DNA of 60,992 nucleotides, filler included, from Dirinaria sp. TL-2023a (Eukaryota), in assembly GCA_051941275.1 (NCBI GenBank). It is 14 parts of 14 records of this genome, joined end to end, with 100 filler letters (N's around TTAATTAATTAA, not from the genome) between each part and the next. Parts side by side here need not be neighbours in the genome. Positions count along the whole stretch, not along the records: positions 21,887 to 26,155 come from JAVEBF010001874.1; positions 26,256 to 30,521 come from JAVEBF010001875.1; positions 30,622 to 34,885 come from JAVEBF010001876.1; positions 34,986 to 39,247 come from JAVEBF010001877.1; 10 more parts are not named here. One strand, 5' to 3'. The position numbers and the translations under genes are program-made. Positions 26,142 through 38,537 of the stretch are shown here, piece after piece; the stretch's first letter is position 1, and the number at the start of each line of letters is the position of its first letter. The notes beneath the pieces are model-generated. The model was given only the letters and a program-made list of their open reading frames with translations, was not told where the DNA came from and did no database searches.

Positions 26142-26826
26142 GTATGTCTGTCTTCNNNNNNNNNNNNNNNNNNNNNNNNNNNNNNNNNNNNNNNNNNNNT
26201 TAATTAATTAANNNNNNNNNNNNNNNNNNNNNNNNNNNNNNNNNNNNNNNNNNNNAGGGAGTTGAGGGGGCCGAGAAGGTGGAGGGTGACGGAAATTGGC
26301 TTGGATGGGATTTTGTCGAGGGTATGAATAGCATTGAAATGCTACTACCTAGCTGCAGTGACTGAGGCACTCGTACATCAAATACCTATATTCTGTTGTA
26401 CCTGAATGACGTCGAGGAAGTTTGACCGAAGATCTGCCGTCACGCTCCGCAGTCGGACGCATGTTGAACGCTTTTCAACGGTCGATCATAAGAGTCACGA
26501 TCGGTAGGATCTGGCGCTTACAATCGGCTCACAGGTACCTAGGAATATTCTAGTAAGGCAACATTGTCCAGAACATCATTCCCCGGGTGGTACTTTACAC
26601 AGTCAAGAAAAGCTCTGCGTCAATTGTCTCGGTAAGTGCTTTGTTCACGGAATTGAACCACTTGTGGCGAATGTGGAAAAGGTTAATGACTGCTTCAGAA
26701 ACCTCGTTCCAATCTTTCTGAAAGAAGAACAAGAAACTCTACTTGTGGACCAAGCCTAGGCTAAAGCCCAACACTGCACCCTCCAATTGAGAAGGCCTGC
26801 AGGCCATTCTGAAGCCAGTCGTAGAC

Positions 26827-27819
26827 ATGATCGACGACATTTCTGTCAACGGCCATGGGCCCACCACCGACGGTCAAAGCAACTCGTCGAATTTCACGGT
26901 GAAAGCCGGTTTGGCGCAGATGCTGAAGGGTGGCGTCATCATGGACGTTGTCAATGCCGAGCAGGCAAGGATTGCGGAGGAAGCGGGCGCATGCGCAGTC
27001 ATGGCCCTGGAGCGAGTACCCGCCGACATTCGTGCTCAGGGCGGCGTAGCGCGGATGTCAGACCCCAAGTTGATTAAAGAGATCATGGAAGCAGTCACCA
27101 TACCCGTGATGGCCAAGGCAAGGATAGGCCACTTTGTCGAATGCCAGGCATGTACAGCTACCAGCCCGTCTTCCGTACTTTCGCCTGCTAATGCGCGAGC
27201 GTTGTAGATTCTTGAAGCGCTCGGTGTCGATTACATCGACGAGTCTGAAGTGCTCACTCCGGCCGATGCGGTCCACCACGTTGAGAAGCACCCTTTCCAA
27301 GTGCCCTTCGTTTGTGGTTGCCGGAACCTGGGCGAGGCACTTCGCCGTATATCTGAGGGTGCAGCGATGATTCGAACCAAAGGTGAGGCAGGTACCGGAG
27401 ATGTTATAGAGGCTGTCAGGCATATGAGGACAGTGAATGCTGAGATCAGCCGCGCAAAAGGACTCAGCGACATGGAATTGAGGGTTATGGCTAAGGAAAT
27501 AGGGGCACCTTTTGAAGACCTGAGAGCGACGGCCAAGCTAGGTAGGTTACCGGTGGTCAATTTCGCCGCAGGGGGTGTAGCGACACCGGCCGATGCAGCC
27601 ATGATGATGCAATTGGGGTGCGATGGGGTGTTTGTAGGCAGTGGAATCTTCAAGAGCGGTAACGCTGCCACAAGAGCCAAGGCGATTGTACAGGCAGTGA
27701 CGCATTTCCGCGACCCCAAGGTGTTGGCGGAGGTGAGCACAGATCTGGGAGAAGCAATGGTTGGATTGACTGTCGACAAGCTTGTGGATGGCGAAAAGCT
27801 GGCAAAGAGAGGATGGTAA
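26827..27819 (+). CDS. PDX1: Pyridoxal 5'-phosphate synthase subunit Pdx1/Snz1 (2 exons)
   Basis: [66 protein letters not shown]; intron 27148-27207. Confidence 0.97.
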
Positions 27820-28466
27820 ATTAGCATGGGATCAAGAATTTCAACATTGTACATATAACACCAAACGAGTGTCTTCGCACAGATTGCCTTGGGAAATTGC
27901 TAGGGCATCAATGAGCGGGCATAGAGAAGGCGCTCGTCGTTACTTGGAGTCAAAACGCGTGGAGAGGTGAGCTGAACTGAATTGAATATTGCGCCATCAT
28001 ATCGTAGATCGGAGATTCAGGACAGTGAAGCCAGCTAGCACCTGCGATGCGTCTAGCTAAAGCACGACCTATTGGTCGGTTGGAATTGAATTGTCTGGTG
28101 AAGTCCAGATTTCAGGCCTATATCAGAGCTGTGAGTGAGAGAGAAAGCGAGGTTGGCTCAGCTGGCCGACAAGTGCATACTGTGCATTTAATACATACAG
28201 TATCGGGACCGGGGTGGCTTCACTAGCGCGCTGTCGATGTGGCCTTTTTAGTTTCTGTTTTCGCGAAACACACTCAACGCTTCTACAGATTATTTATTCG
28301 AGCAGAGTCAGCAGACCCACCACATTTCGGTCATTTCTTCTCCCTCCATAACCTCCCATAGATCTGGAGAAAGAAGAGCGGAGAAGCGGTTGCGACATAT
28401 TTCCGCGCAACTTCGATCTACCGCAAGCCCAACGCCTGAAGTCCGCGTAGCGGCACCAGTACCACC

Positions 28467-30174
28467 ATGAGCGGCCGTGAGTGAGCCCTTAGCTTCATTA
28501 TTGGGAGCTTTTTCCTGTACACAAAATCATGTGGATCATATCGCTTACAATGAACTCGCAACAGTACGCTTCTTGGATTTGATCAAGCCCTTCACACCTC
28601 TACTTCCAGAAGTGGCAGCCCCTGAAACCAAAACACCCTTCAACCAAAAGCTGATGTGGACTGGGGTGAGTTGCAGTGAAACTTAAAGGGAGAACAGGGT
28701 TTCGAATAGCTTTTGCTGACTGGCGAACTCAGTTGACACTACTCATATTCCTGGTCATGAGCCAGATGCCCCTGTACGGCATTGTGTCGTCGGATAACTC
28801 AGATCCATTGTACTGGCTGAGGATGATGTTGGCCAGCAATAGAGGTACATTAATGGAGTTGGGTACAACGCCAATCATATCTTCTGGCATGGTCTTCCAG
28901 GTATCTATTTGACCACACGTCCGCCTCCAGGGGCGTTCGCTAACCTGGAAGCAAGTTACTGGCAGGAACCCACCTCATCGATGTCAATCTGGATTTAAAG
29001 ACCGACCGCGAGCTTTACCAGACCGCGCAAAAGCTTTTCGCCATCATCATCTCCTTTGGACAAGCCTGTGTTTTCGTCCTGACAGGGCTCTATGGTCAGC
29101 CATCCGACCTTGGCGCAGGTGTCTGCGTCCTTCTGGTGGTCCAATTGGTTGTCGCAGGTCTGATCGTCATTCTACTGGACGAGCTCCTGCAAAAAGGGTA
29201 CGGCTTGGGCAGCGGCATATCGCTTTTTATCGCAACGAACATCTGCGAATCGATTATCTGGAAGGCATTTTCCCCGACTACTATTAATACGGGACGGGGA
29301 CCGGAATTTGAAGGAGCGGTCATTGCACTGTTTCATCTGCTTCTAACATGGCCGGACAAGCAGCGTGCTCTTCGGGAAGCTTTCTACAGGCAAAACCTGC
29401 CCAACATCATGAACCTTCTGGCTACTCTTGTCGTGTTCGCCGCAGTCATCTATCTCCAAGGTTTCCGTGTCGAGATTCCCGTCAAGTCATCTCGCCAGAG
29501 AGGCATGCGAGGCTCTTACCCTGTCCGCCTGTTCTATACCTCCAACATGCCAATCATGTTGCAGTCAGCCCTTGCCTCGAACATCTTCTTGGTCAGTCAG
29601 ATGATGTACTCTCGTTTCTCGGACAACCTTTTGGTCAAGCTACTCGGTGTATGGGAACCCCGTGAAGGCTCGGCTCAATTGTATGCCGCGTCTGGTATTG
29701 CATACTACATGTCTCCACCACTCAACTTTACGGAAGCTCTACTAGATCCAGTACATACGGCGATCTACATGACGTTCATTGTAGTCGCTTGCGCGATTTT
29801 CTCCAAGACATGGATCGAAGTGTCGGGCTCCGCGCCTCGGGATGTCGCCAAGCAGCTCAAAGAGCAAGGACTGGTCATGGCCGGGCATCGCGAACAGAGC
29901 ATGTACAAAGAACTGAAAAGGGTCATCCCCACGGCTGCCGCCTTTGGTGGAGCCTGTATCGGTGCACTATCTGTCGCCAGCGACCTTTTGGGCGCCTTGG
30001 GCAGCGGTACCGGAATCCTGCTTGCAGTCACGTGAGTCGAAATTTCATCAAGTTTCATCTATATCCCATATCGACAAACCTGCTGACAAAGCTTCTAGCA
30101 TCATATATGGATACTTTGAGATCGCGGCTAAGGAGGGTGATATGGCGGGGTTGAAAGGGATGGTGATGGGTTAA
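28467..30174 (+). CDS. SEC61: Protein translocon Sec61 alpha subunit (5 exons)
   Basis: [59 protein letters not shown]; introns 28477-28564, 28666-28732, 28901-28955, 30032-30098. Confidence 0.97.
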
Positions 30175-30972
30175 AAGAGAAAATGGGCAAAAAAAAAAAA
30201 AAACGGGAAAAGGAGATTGGACCGATATAAAGTCCCGTCCGGGAAATTTTGGGCTCAGAATTATGGCTGGACAGCAAGGGATGGGATACCTTTCAACGAT
30301 TTGTATCGCCCAGGGGGAAAAAAAAAGTTGTAGTTCTGCAGGGTGTGTGTACCCGCCTTCCTGTATATACGCAACGGTGTAAAAGTAATGGGGATCATAA
30401 GCTAAAAAAGTCGATAAAAGTCCGCCTGGTTCTCACTGAGGGGTTTTCAAGTCCTATAATCCCCATTGATGGTCTAGATAGACACTGCACGTTAGCCCGC
30501 GTTTATATATACCCCCAAGATNNNNNNNNNNNNNNNNNNNNNNNNNNNNNNNNNNNNNNNNNNNNTTAATTAATTAANNNNNNNNNNNNNNNNNNNNNNN
30601 NNNNNNNNNNNNNNNNNNNNNGGAGAAAAGTTATGAGTTTATTTTTTTTTCTTTTCCTTCTTATTCGACTGGCGTAATAAGCTCCATGTACTTTTTTTGT
30701 GTGTCATACTAAGTTAGAGGTGGATAGAAGTCAGCGAGAATTCTTTTCTTGAGACTCAGATACCATGGTGATATGATGAGGTTTTAGGAGTCGGATTCGG
30801 AGCGGGAGAGAGATGTGTTAAATGAGTCTTGGAATCGTAAAAGTGATTCAACCCATACTCTCCTAAATCCGCATTAGATAAGGTACTTCCTAAAAATACT
30901 TATCTTTGTATACCGCTGTTCTCCCCTCAAAATCAAACCCTTTTCCCAAATTCCTAGCCTCACCTATCCATA

Positions 30973-31338
30973 ATGACACCCTCTGAACACCACTTCATCA
31001 GCCTCGCACACTTCGCAAACTCCGCTCCTCAATCTCTAAACTCAGAAATGAATTTTCACCGACGGCACGAGATCCTCCGAATCCTTCTCGTCATCTGCAT
31101 TGTTTTCTACGTCATGACCTATATGTTCCTGACGCAGATCGCGCCGCGCAATACGCTGAAGCGGAGAGCCCAAGATCGAAGAGAAGAGGCCTTGCCGAGG
31201 AAGAGGAGGCGTGGCAAAAAAGCAAGTATTGTCGGGTTCGATGAGCGGGTCTTGGTGAGGAGGGTCAAGGATATTAGGAGTACTGCGGGAATTGAGGGAA
31301 GATTCGAGGATGCAGAGGTACTGAGGTTGAAAGACTGA
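30973..31338 (+). CDS. Putative small single-pass membrane protein (121 aa), orphan
   Basis: ATG-initiated ORF with one hydrophobic stretch (ILRILLVICIVFYVMTYMFL) followed by a basic segment; no homology recognised. Confidence 0.4.
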   Translation: MTPSEHHFISLAHFANSAPQSLNSEMNFHRRHEILRILLVICIVFYVMTYMFLTQIAPRNTLKRRAQDRREEALPRKRRRGKKASIVGFDERVLVRRVKDIRSTAGIEGRFEDAEVLRLKD

Positions 31339-32620
31339 GGTAGGTGGGGGGGAGGGCGTCTTGGAAGATGGTGAGGTTCTGTAGGGGAGATTTGGATAAG
31401 AATGTCTGCAAATGATGAGATATTGGGGGGTGAAAAGCGGATCGCATGCTAAGCAAGAAGGTGGGACATTCCTGTTGCCCACAGTGAAAAGCCAAAGAGG
31501 TTCTGTGGGAGATAGTCAAGCTTTCATCATTAACACGTCTAGATACTAACGCAGAGCACTTACCAGAGGACTATATTCACTTAAGCCCACTATTCGCTCA
31601 ATGCCGGTTCACTTATCTTGTATCAATTCCCGTGCTGGTAATCAACCTTTTTTTTGGATGGTTATCACTGGCTCACTATTGCACTATCCTGCTTTTTTCG
31701 GAAAATGTACGTATTCAAGCTCCTAGCATTGATTCTGAATAGCAGATGACTAGCATTTTCCGATCCTATAGGATTTTGAATGCTCTCGTGTTCACTGCTG
31801 TTCACTGCAGTTCACATTGACATTGTAGACGCTGTGGTTTCAGAGATCTTTGTCTCGACCTGGGCTCTTGTGTTCACTTCAGTATGAAATCTCCGATAGA
31901 TGGTCTAGCTTCGAAAAAAGAAGTGTGCTCAGCGAATCTGTACACGTTATCATGTCATGAGAATGACATAAGTTCCAAATCGATAAAGTGTTCGATATCC
32001 AGAGGGTAATTGTGAATAAATGTCAGAAAGATTCATGCGAGAGCCTTGAGTCTTTGACAAAGACACACTGTCTTACGATAGTTTAAGACATTTAGTACAG
32101 AGTAATATTGAGCACGAGAACTCATCAGACTGATCTTGTAACATCGTCATATGATGTGATACTCTCATTACTGTGTGCCAAGAAATTAACGATGTGTTCA
32201 ATATAATAATTAAGTTACGACGCAAAACGATCTACAGCATTAGTTTCGATCATCGAAGTTCTACGAATTGAAGCTTCATAGATGTTCCCCATGCTTTAGT
32301 GAAGATCTTAGTGATAAACTAGCATGACGCGGATCATAGTATTAGCACAACCGAGCATATTCGGGCGCGTCTTTCTATCACAACCTCATTATATCGCATG
32401 CCTCGAAGTACCAGATTGAAGTTCTCCATTATCGACAATATTGCGACTCCACAGACCTGCTGTTTAACAGAAGATCAATACTTCTAGTAGGCAAGCACCA
32501 GCTGTGAAGAAAATCTCACTTGCTCACTAGCATCTAGAACTCGCTGCGGCCCTCCAAAGTACAGAACGATCATCATTCACCTCAACGTTCTTGTAACAGC
32601 GAAAAGCATCAGCCGCAGCC

Positions 32621-32905
32621 ATGGAAACAGGCACGATTTTCGTCCTGGTCGCAATCCCCGTCACCACCTTTCTGATTCTCTTGCTCATCGCCGACTACCA
32701 CTGGAATTTCCTGCCTCAGTCCCGTACAGTAAATGGACTCGAGGCCAAGAGGGCTCAGCAATCCCAGCTCTTGACCGGGATGGCGATCGAGATGGCGACA
32801 TTTGGCAGAGGACATTTTACCGAGCGACCGCAGACAGGAGACACTAATACGGGCATGGTCGGCACAAGTGGTGATGGGAGCCGGTTTCCACGGAGCCGAG
32901 TATGA
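32621..32905 (+). CDS. Putative small membrane-anchored protein (94 aa), orphan
   Basis: Good start context (gccATGG), N-terminal TM segment (IFVLVAIPVTTFLILLLIA), and a GC-richer island in AT-rich surroundings. Confidence 0.5.
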   Translation: METGTIFVLVAIPVTTFLILLLIADYHWNFLPQSRTVNGLEAKRAQQSQLLTGMAIEMATFGRGHFTERPQTGDTNTGMVGTSGDGSRFPRSRV

Positions 32906-35900
32906 GCATCAGAGTCCTCGGATGGTATTATGGAGGTATGAACGCAGAGTGTCTGGTGTGGGTATGGCGTTATTCGGGCCTCGCTGGAGTGGATGAATTC
33001 TGTTGCGAGCAATTAGACGATCTGGCTCAGAAGTATCTTCTCTGACTATCTGATGGGTTGACTAGCTCCCTGAAGATGATTTGATTCCAATGTACCTTCT
33101 TCAAGTCTTCTGACGGTCTGATTAAGCTTCTCAAGTCAAAATTCGTGCCATCAACACACGAGCACCACTGCTCAACATTGACATTTCATCGCTTATGAGG
33201 CCATTCAAATATTCTCCATACGTCCGAAGAACTACGACACACATCAGCTTTTGCCAGTATCATTATTTGCACAGATTACAGGGGAGCAGAAACGCAAAGG
33301 CAACATAGCTCTGAAACAAACTTAAGCTCATCGAAGGAGTACTGTATCTTTCTAAACCTCGGCTGGAAACCCTTCATATAACTTCCCAGTCACAGCTCAT
33401 CTTAAGTAAATGGCGTATGTCTCCAGCCGATGAGAGCTGGAAATACATCCGACCTACTCTGTAAAAGATAGCATAGATGGCTCCAACTTCTCTTGGCCAA
33501 GAGTATCATTTAATCCTGGAGGCTCAACAGCGCTTGATGTTCGACTTAAGACTCGTACCAGCTTGCTTAGCGGCTGTCCTTCAGACAGACGTTGATCTGA
33601 GGATTTTCCGAGATATTCTGTGGGAAAGTCCCGGTATGACTGCGTCATATTTGTGACTATTATATTAAGGAGGGCATGTACCAGGTGTGACGGATGGTAC
33701 CACTGTGAGGTAGCACTGGGACGGATCTTCCTATACTATCTGTGACGCTTTTTCAATAGCCGCTGTGTTTCATACATTAACCAGGTCCTTGGAGATCCAC
33801 AATGACTGGCAAAACACCAGAGACCTTACCAAAAAAGATAAATCTCACCACAGCCACATTCAGAAAAATCTGGCTCGTTGGAAATCGATCAACATGCTCG
33901 GGGAACTACTTGAAGTACGAGTAATTTCTGCGCTAGCGTGGGAAATAGGTCCATCGAATAAGATGATCGAAGATCGAAAAGAAGTGAACCGCATGTTCGC
34001 CTTCATATTCTACTGGTTTAGCTGGATTTTGATTGTATGCTTCAGCATATTCGCGACTGTGCTCTTGATATTCCTCGGATATGTTGTCGATAAGCTACTT
34101 TACGACTTCGCAAAGTCCGATCCGCGATCGGAACGTGCAAGGCGCATTTGAGATGGGCTGATAAGCACAGGCTAGAGATAGAGTGAACGAGTCGGTGAGA
34201 AAGAAATGGCAGTAAATGATAGATGTATAACGAGACTGAGGACAGAACTATGAAAGAGGCGCATCGTGACAGCCGGAGAGGAACAGATTCTCGACAATCT
34301 TAGTCTCTTCTCTGGGTGGCTCACAAAGAGTGAATGCTAAATTCCTGCTAAGTAGACAATGAACTGATCAGCGAGATAATCCGCAAAGTTATTCATTTCC
34401 GTCGCTCTCTGACGCATGTGTGACAGATGAGCATAGTCGTACTTAAGATATACAATTATTGTTAAAATTACTCACTTGAGTTTGCCTTTCGTTCGCTGTA
34501 AGAAGATCGAATCTTTCTCTGTTGCAAGTGCTGTTCCTGTGAAAAGTGATCAGCGTATAATGTGTCATATTTTGAGTGCTGACTGTCGCGATAAAGAGCA
34601 TTACTAGATAGCAGTATCTTTTGTAGTATATAAAACTGGCATTCAAATTTTCCTCCTCGGTCAATGGCCTGACATCATCGAGCCGGATCATACCCGCCAT
34701 AAATACCCACAGAGAGATTTGAGGCACCATAGGAGACAGCAAGACTTAAATCAACTTCATCAAAATGTCGGAATAAATGAACTGCCAGCAACTTTATGAT
34801 TTCTACGAAAGCAGCTCGTATGTGACCGGTCCTGGACTTACAATGTTGTTGTTCCTGGCTCCATTCGGTGGAATGTTTCTGTTATNNNNNNNNNNNNNNN
34901 NNNNNNNNNNNNNNNNNNNNNNNNNNNNNTTAATTAATTAANNNNNNNNNNNNNNNNNNNNNNNNNNNNNNNNNNNNNNNNNNNNACAGCGCCAGGTTGA
35001 CGAAATTCTTCAAGCCGTTCCATTGGCCAGTGAGATTTTATGTTCAGAGTGTCTATTACAGAAATAGATAAGTCAACTCGAGATCCTTCCAGCTCAAGAG
35101 ACGTACTGTTTGTCTGCAAACAGCTATTTTCTAGGCTGGGAATGGACTGGTCGTAGAAATCAGTGCGTCCCTCGGTCAAACGTCGCTGCTTCACCAAAAA
35201 TCCTACCATGGGTTTCGCGTTCGGCTGCGGACAGTGATTAGGGGATTGAAATTTCCTAAGAATATAACAAACTCCTTGGGGCGTCTGCTTATGATCACAC
35301 AAGCGACTCTGATTGACAGAGAGTGGATATAAATATCAATCATATCTGCGAAGTGCGAACTGGGTTGTCATTGAATCTAATCTCTTATCTAAACCTATTC
35401 ATACCTGACCCACGTCTAATTAAGGTAGGTAAGTAGGTTGTCAGCTAGACTCAGAGCACGACGGAATAATCCACTTGATCTATCTATCTTTTCAACAACA
35501 AAAGATCGATATTTTAGCTTATCTTAGATATTCGCAGCATTGTCTTCTCTCTCATTTTTCTACTCACGCAATCCTCCAACGTTCGAGCAGCAGGAAAAAA
35601 TGCGTTCGCGTTCTCAAGATCTTTGGCATAGTCCCGTTCTATGTGAGCTTGAAAATGAATGTCATCGTGAAGACAATGGAACGCGGGGCGCCGGAAAATC
35701 ACGCGTTTCAAATCTTAACCGCTATCGGATGGGTCGGACTATCTGGATGTACGCCAAGAGTAGTCGCCTCGGTGACTACAGGTACTCGGTAGGCTTTGCA
35801 GAGAACACCCGCACCCTAAGGTAGGGAGCAAATGGGCGGGTTTGGCTGATACTATTAGGTGGTCTCCCGGGCGATTTTCAGGCAACCTCACAAACTGTGG

Positions 35901-37231
35901 TGTGCAGAAGTATTTCACGGTTTTCATCCATAGTCTATTGGAGCTCATTTCCCGCCCTCCTGCACAGAACGAGCAGCTTTCGCGTGTTGTCAAGATAGCG
36001 ACCTCATCTTATCTCGTTTCTATCTCTCTTCGCCTTTTCTTCGCCTTTTCGCACTTTCGCACGTCTTCTATTTACGTGTTTTGATTCGCGGTGTTTCGGC
36101 TTTGTACGTATTCTCCTTCGCACTAAACTGTACATTTCTTGCTGTTTGTGCCACACTGTCTGCTGTGCTACTTCCATGCGACCTGCTGTATACCCAGTGT
36201 CGGCCATTTAAAACACCAACAGTCCGAGGTTTTCTTACCGCAACATCTGACGCTCTGTCGCGTGTCTGTGCTTGGCAGGCCCTTCTGTGGGTGGAACTTT
36301 CAATACTCTCACTCTACATGTCTTCCATCCAAGCAACGTCAGAGGTCAGGGCCAGCGTTGGTTAGCCTCACGAAATACGAGTAGGTATACATTAACATGC
36401 AATGGCTCGAGCCTTAGACTCTATGTACAACGTCAGCTGTAATCCGCTTCTAGCCAGTGACCCTTCGTCTTTCAGCTTTCATAAAAAGGAGGCGCTGCTT
36501 GTCACCATAGATATGCAGAATTCGTTGAGAGAGTTAGGACTGTTCGTGGCACGCGCACCGCCGAATGCCCGAAATATGTACGTTGGTGGGGGCCAGTCTC
36601 ACTACATACAGTACCTTAGTAAGTGCTGCAAAAGCAAGCGGGGTTGCATTACACACGCTACAGCCGGCGCTGGGTAGAAGCAGCGTGATCCAAGCTCCGC
36701 AAGCAATAGGATGCTGCCCTTGCTGACCTCTAATTATGTACTGTAGCAACGCAATTACCTCAATAAGGGAAGGGGTTCGCACTAAAATCTTACTCATGGG
36801 TGTGGCGTTCTACGCAAGAAAACTTTGAAGCCTTCTCGGCTCTTCGCGCTCAAAACGAGTCGAGTCGACCCGAGTAAGGTATGACCAACGATGTCTCAGA
36901 CCCAAAATGGTGCTACGGAGCGCCGAGCTGACGAGAAGGATATGATACTCATGAAACTTTGGCAATGCTACTACACCGCTACTACAGAGCACGTCTTATG
37001 GCAGCCTTATTCACCAATCATGTAGGTGCACAGGCATCATTGCCATTGTTTCTGGTATACGCGACGCACAAGAGCTTCTCCCTCCTTGATCTAAAAGCCA
37101 GCTGTCTGTAGGTTCAAATCCATCTTCTATACCGCACGCGCGTGATCAAGTCCTTGCTTTGAGCTATCAAAAATCAGATGTACTTTTCAATAGAAAGGTC
37201 AGAGGCCGCTCGGCCTTGAGCGTTACAGATC

Positions 37232-38537
37232 ATGGCTCTGATGTCGCATAGCAATGACTATCCGTGGTCGCCCAAGGCAGCCAAACTTCGAGCTGCGTGC
37301 AACCAATGTCACGCTTCCAAAGTCAGTATCTTCAAGCATTCATCGCCAAAACTGAAGTTCACAAGGTTTTGTCCAGGTGCGGTGCAGTGGGGAAAAGTCT
37401 GGGTGTCTCCGCTGTCAAAATCTAGACTACGAGTGCGTCTATAGTATATCGAGAGCGGGAAGAACCCCGGGAACGCGAAACAAGAATAAGCGTGTGCGAA
37501 CCGCGAATGAACCATCTGGGTCTGATTCACCAGCATCGAGAAGCGACTCGCTCGATGAGCCAGCCATGCCTATGACTAGGGACTCGTCAGTCTCTTTCCT
37601 CCACAGTGACTCCTTCATAGACTGGGTAGACATGGGAGATCCAGGAGACATATTCCAACCATCCACTTTGGATGGCGACAAAGACACTTTCAAGACCTCG
37701 CATGATCTTATGACCACGAACGTCAGTCAGCCAGCAGGGGTCCAAGATCCCCTCCACGATCTTCTCACTGCGTCCCCTTCTGCCTTCAATCTCGATGTGC
37801 TCCAATTAGATCAGCTATCGGACACGGGCAGAAATCAAGTGAACGGCAGTTCCAGTGGCAGCAGCAGCTCACCCTCTTCTGTCTCTAGGCCCTCCACGCA
37901 GAAGAAACCGCAAAGGCCTCAATTACAATCTCGCCACAGCGCAGGCCCGACCGTTGCTAACCCCAAAGCACCGATCCCAGTACCCTTCATGACCAATCAG
38001 ACATCAAGCCCATCCCCGGTCAATCGCCAATGCATTCAAGCGTGTAGCAAGGTCATGGAATATCTGGACAGAGTCGCACAGAAGGATACTCTACCGCTCG
38101 ACGAAGTGATGCACGTCAACAAAACCTTCATCAGCGCCATCTCCCGGATCATGGCTCTCGACAAATCCGAGAAAAGCGTTTGCTGTCCGCCGCTCATCGC
38201 CATCGCCATGGATCAAATGATCAGCCTCTTCGAGTCCGTCTTCTTCAAAAACAGACCCACGGCGGAATATCCATCGAAGACCGATGTGGCGGCGGCGGCG
38301 CCCCAGCTACGCCTCGGCTCGTTCCAGATCGACGCCGAGGAGCACGCCGAGATGCGCGCTTACATCGTCTGCAGAGAACTGCGCAAGTGCAAGCAGACCT
38401 TGGAGTCGCTGGCGGCGATGCTCCAAAGGCCGGAGATGCGACGGGTCCAGAGCCTGACGCTGCATAAGCAGTGGGTAGGTGAGATGGCACGACGGCTCGA
38501 GAGCCTGGTCACGACGGTCGAAGAGACGTGGCGATGA
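37232..38537 (+). CDS. Zn(II)2Cys6 transcription factor, AflR-like architecture (2 exons)
   Basis: KLRAACNQCHASK|VRCSGEKSGCLRCQNLDYECVYS gives the six-Cys cluster after removing intron 37322-37376; C-terminal LRLGSFQID...RAYIVCRELRK block typical of this class. Confidence 0.92.

Noticed and set aside
26256..26326. Possible 3' end of an upstream gene (RELRGPRRWRVTEIGLDGILSRV*), considered as PDX2/SNO clustered with PDX1
   Set aside because: Too short to identify, with no glutaminase motif, and co-oriented rather than divergent.
31789..31820. TGTTCACTGC tandem repeat (~3 copies)
   Set aside because: A short local slippage repeat with no spacers or associated genes.
35000..37000. Numerous 60-120 aa ORFs upstream of the Zn2Cys6 gene
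   Set aside because: Mostly non-ATG starts, mutually overlapping and without family motifs; treated as non-coding.
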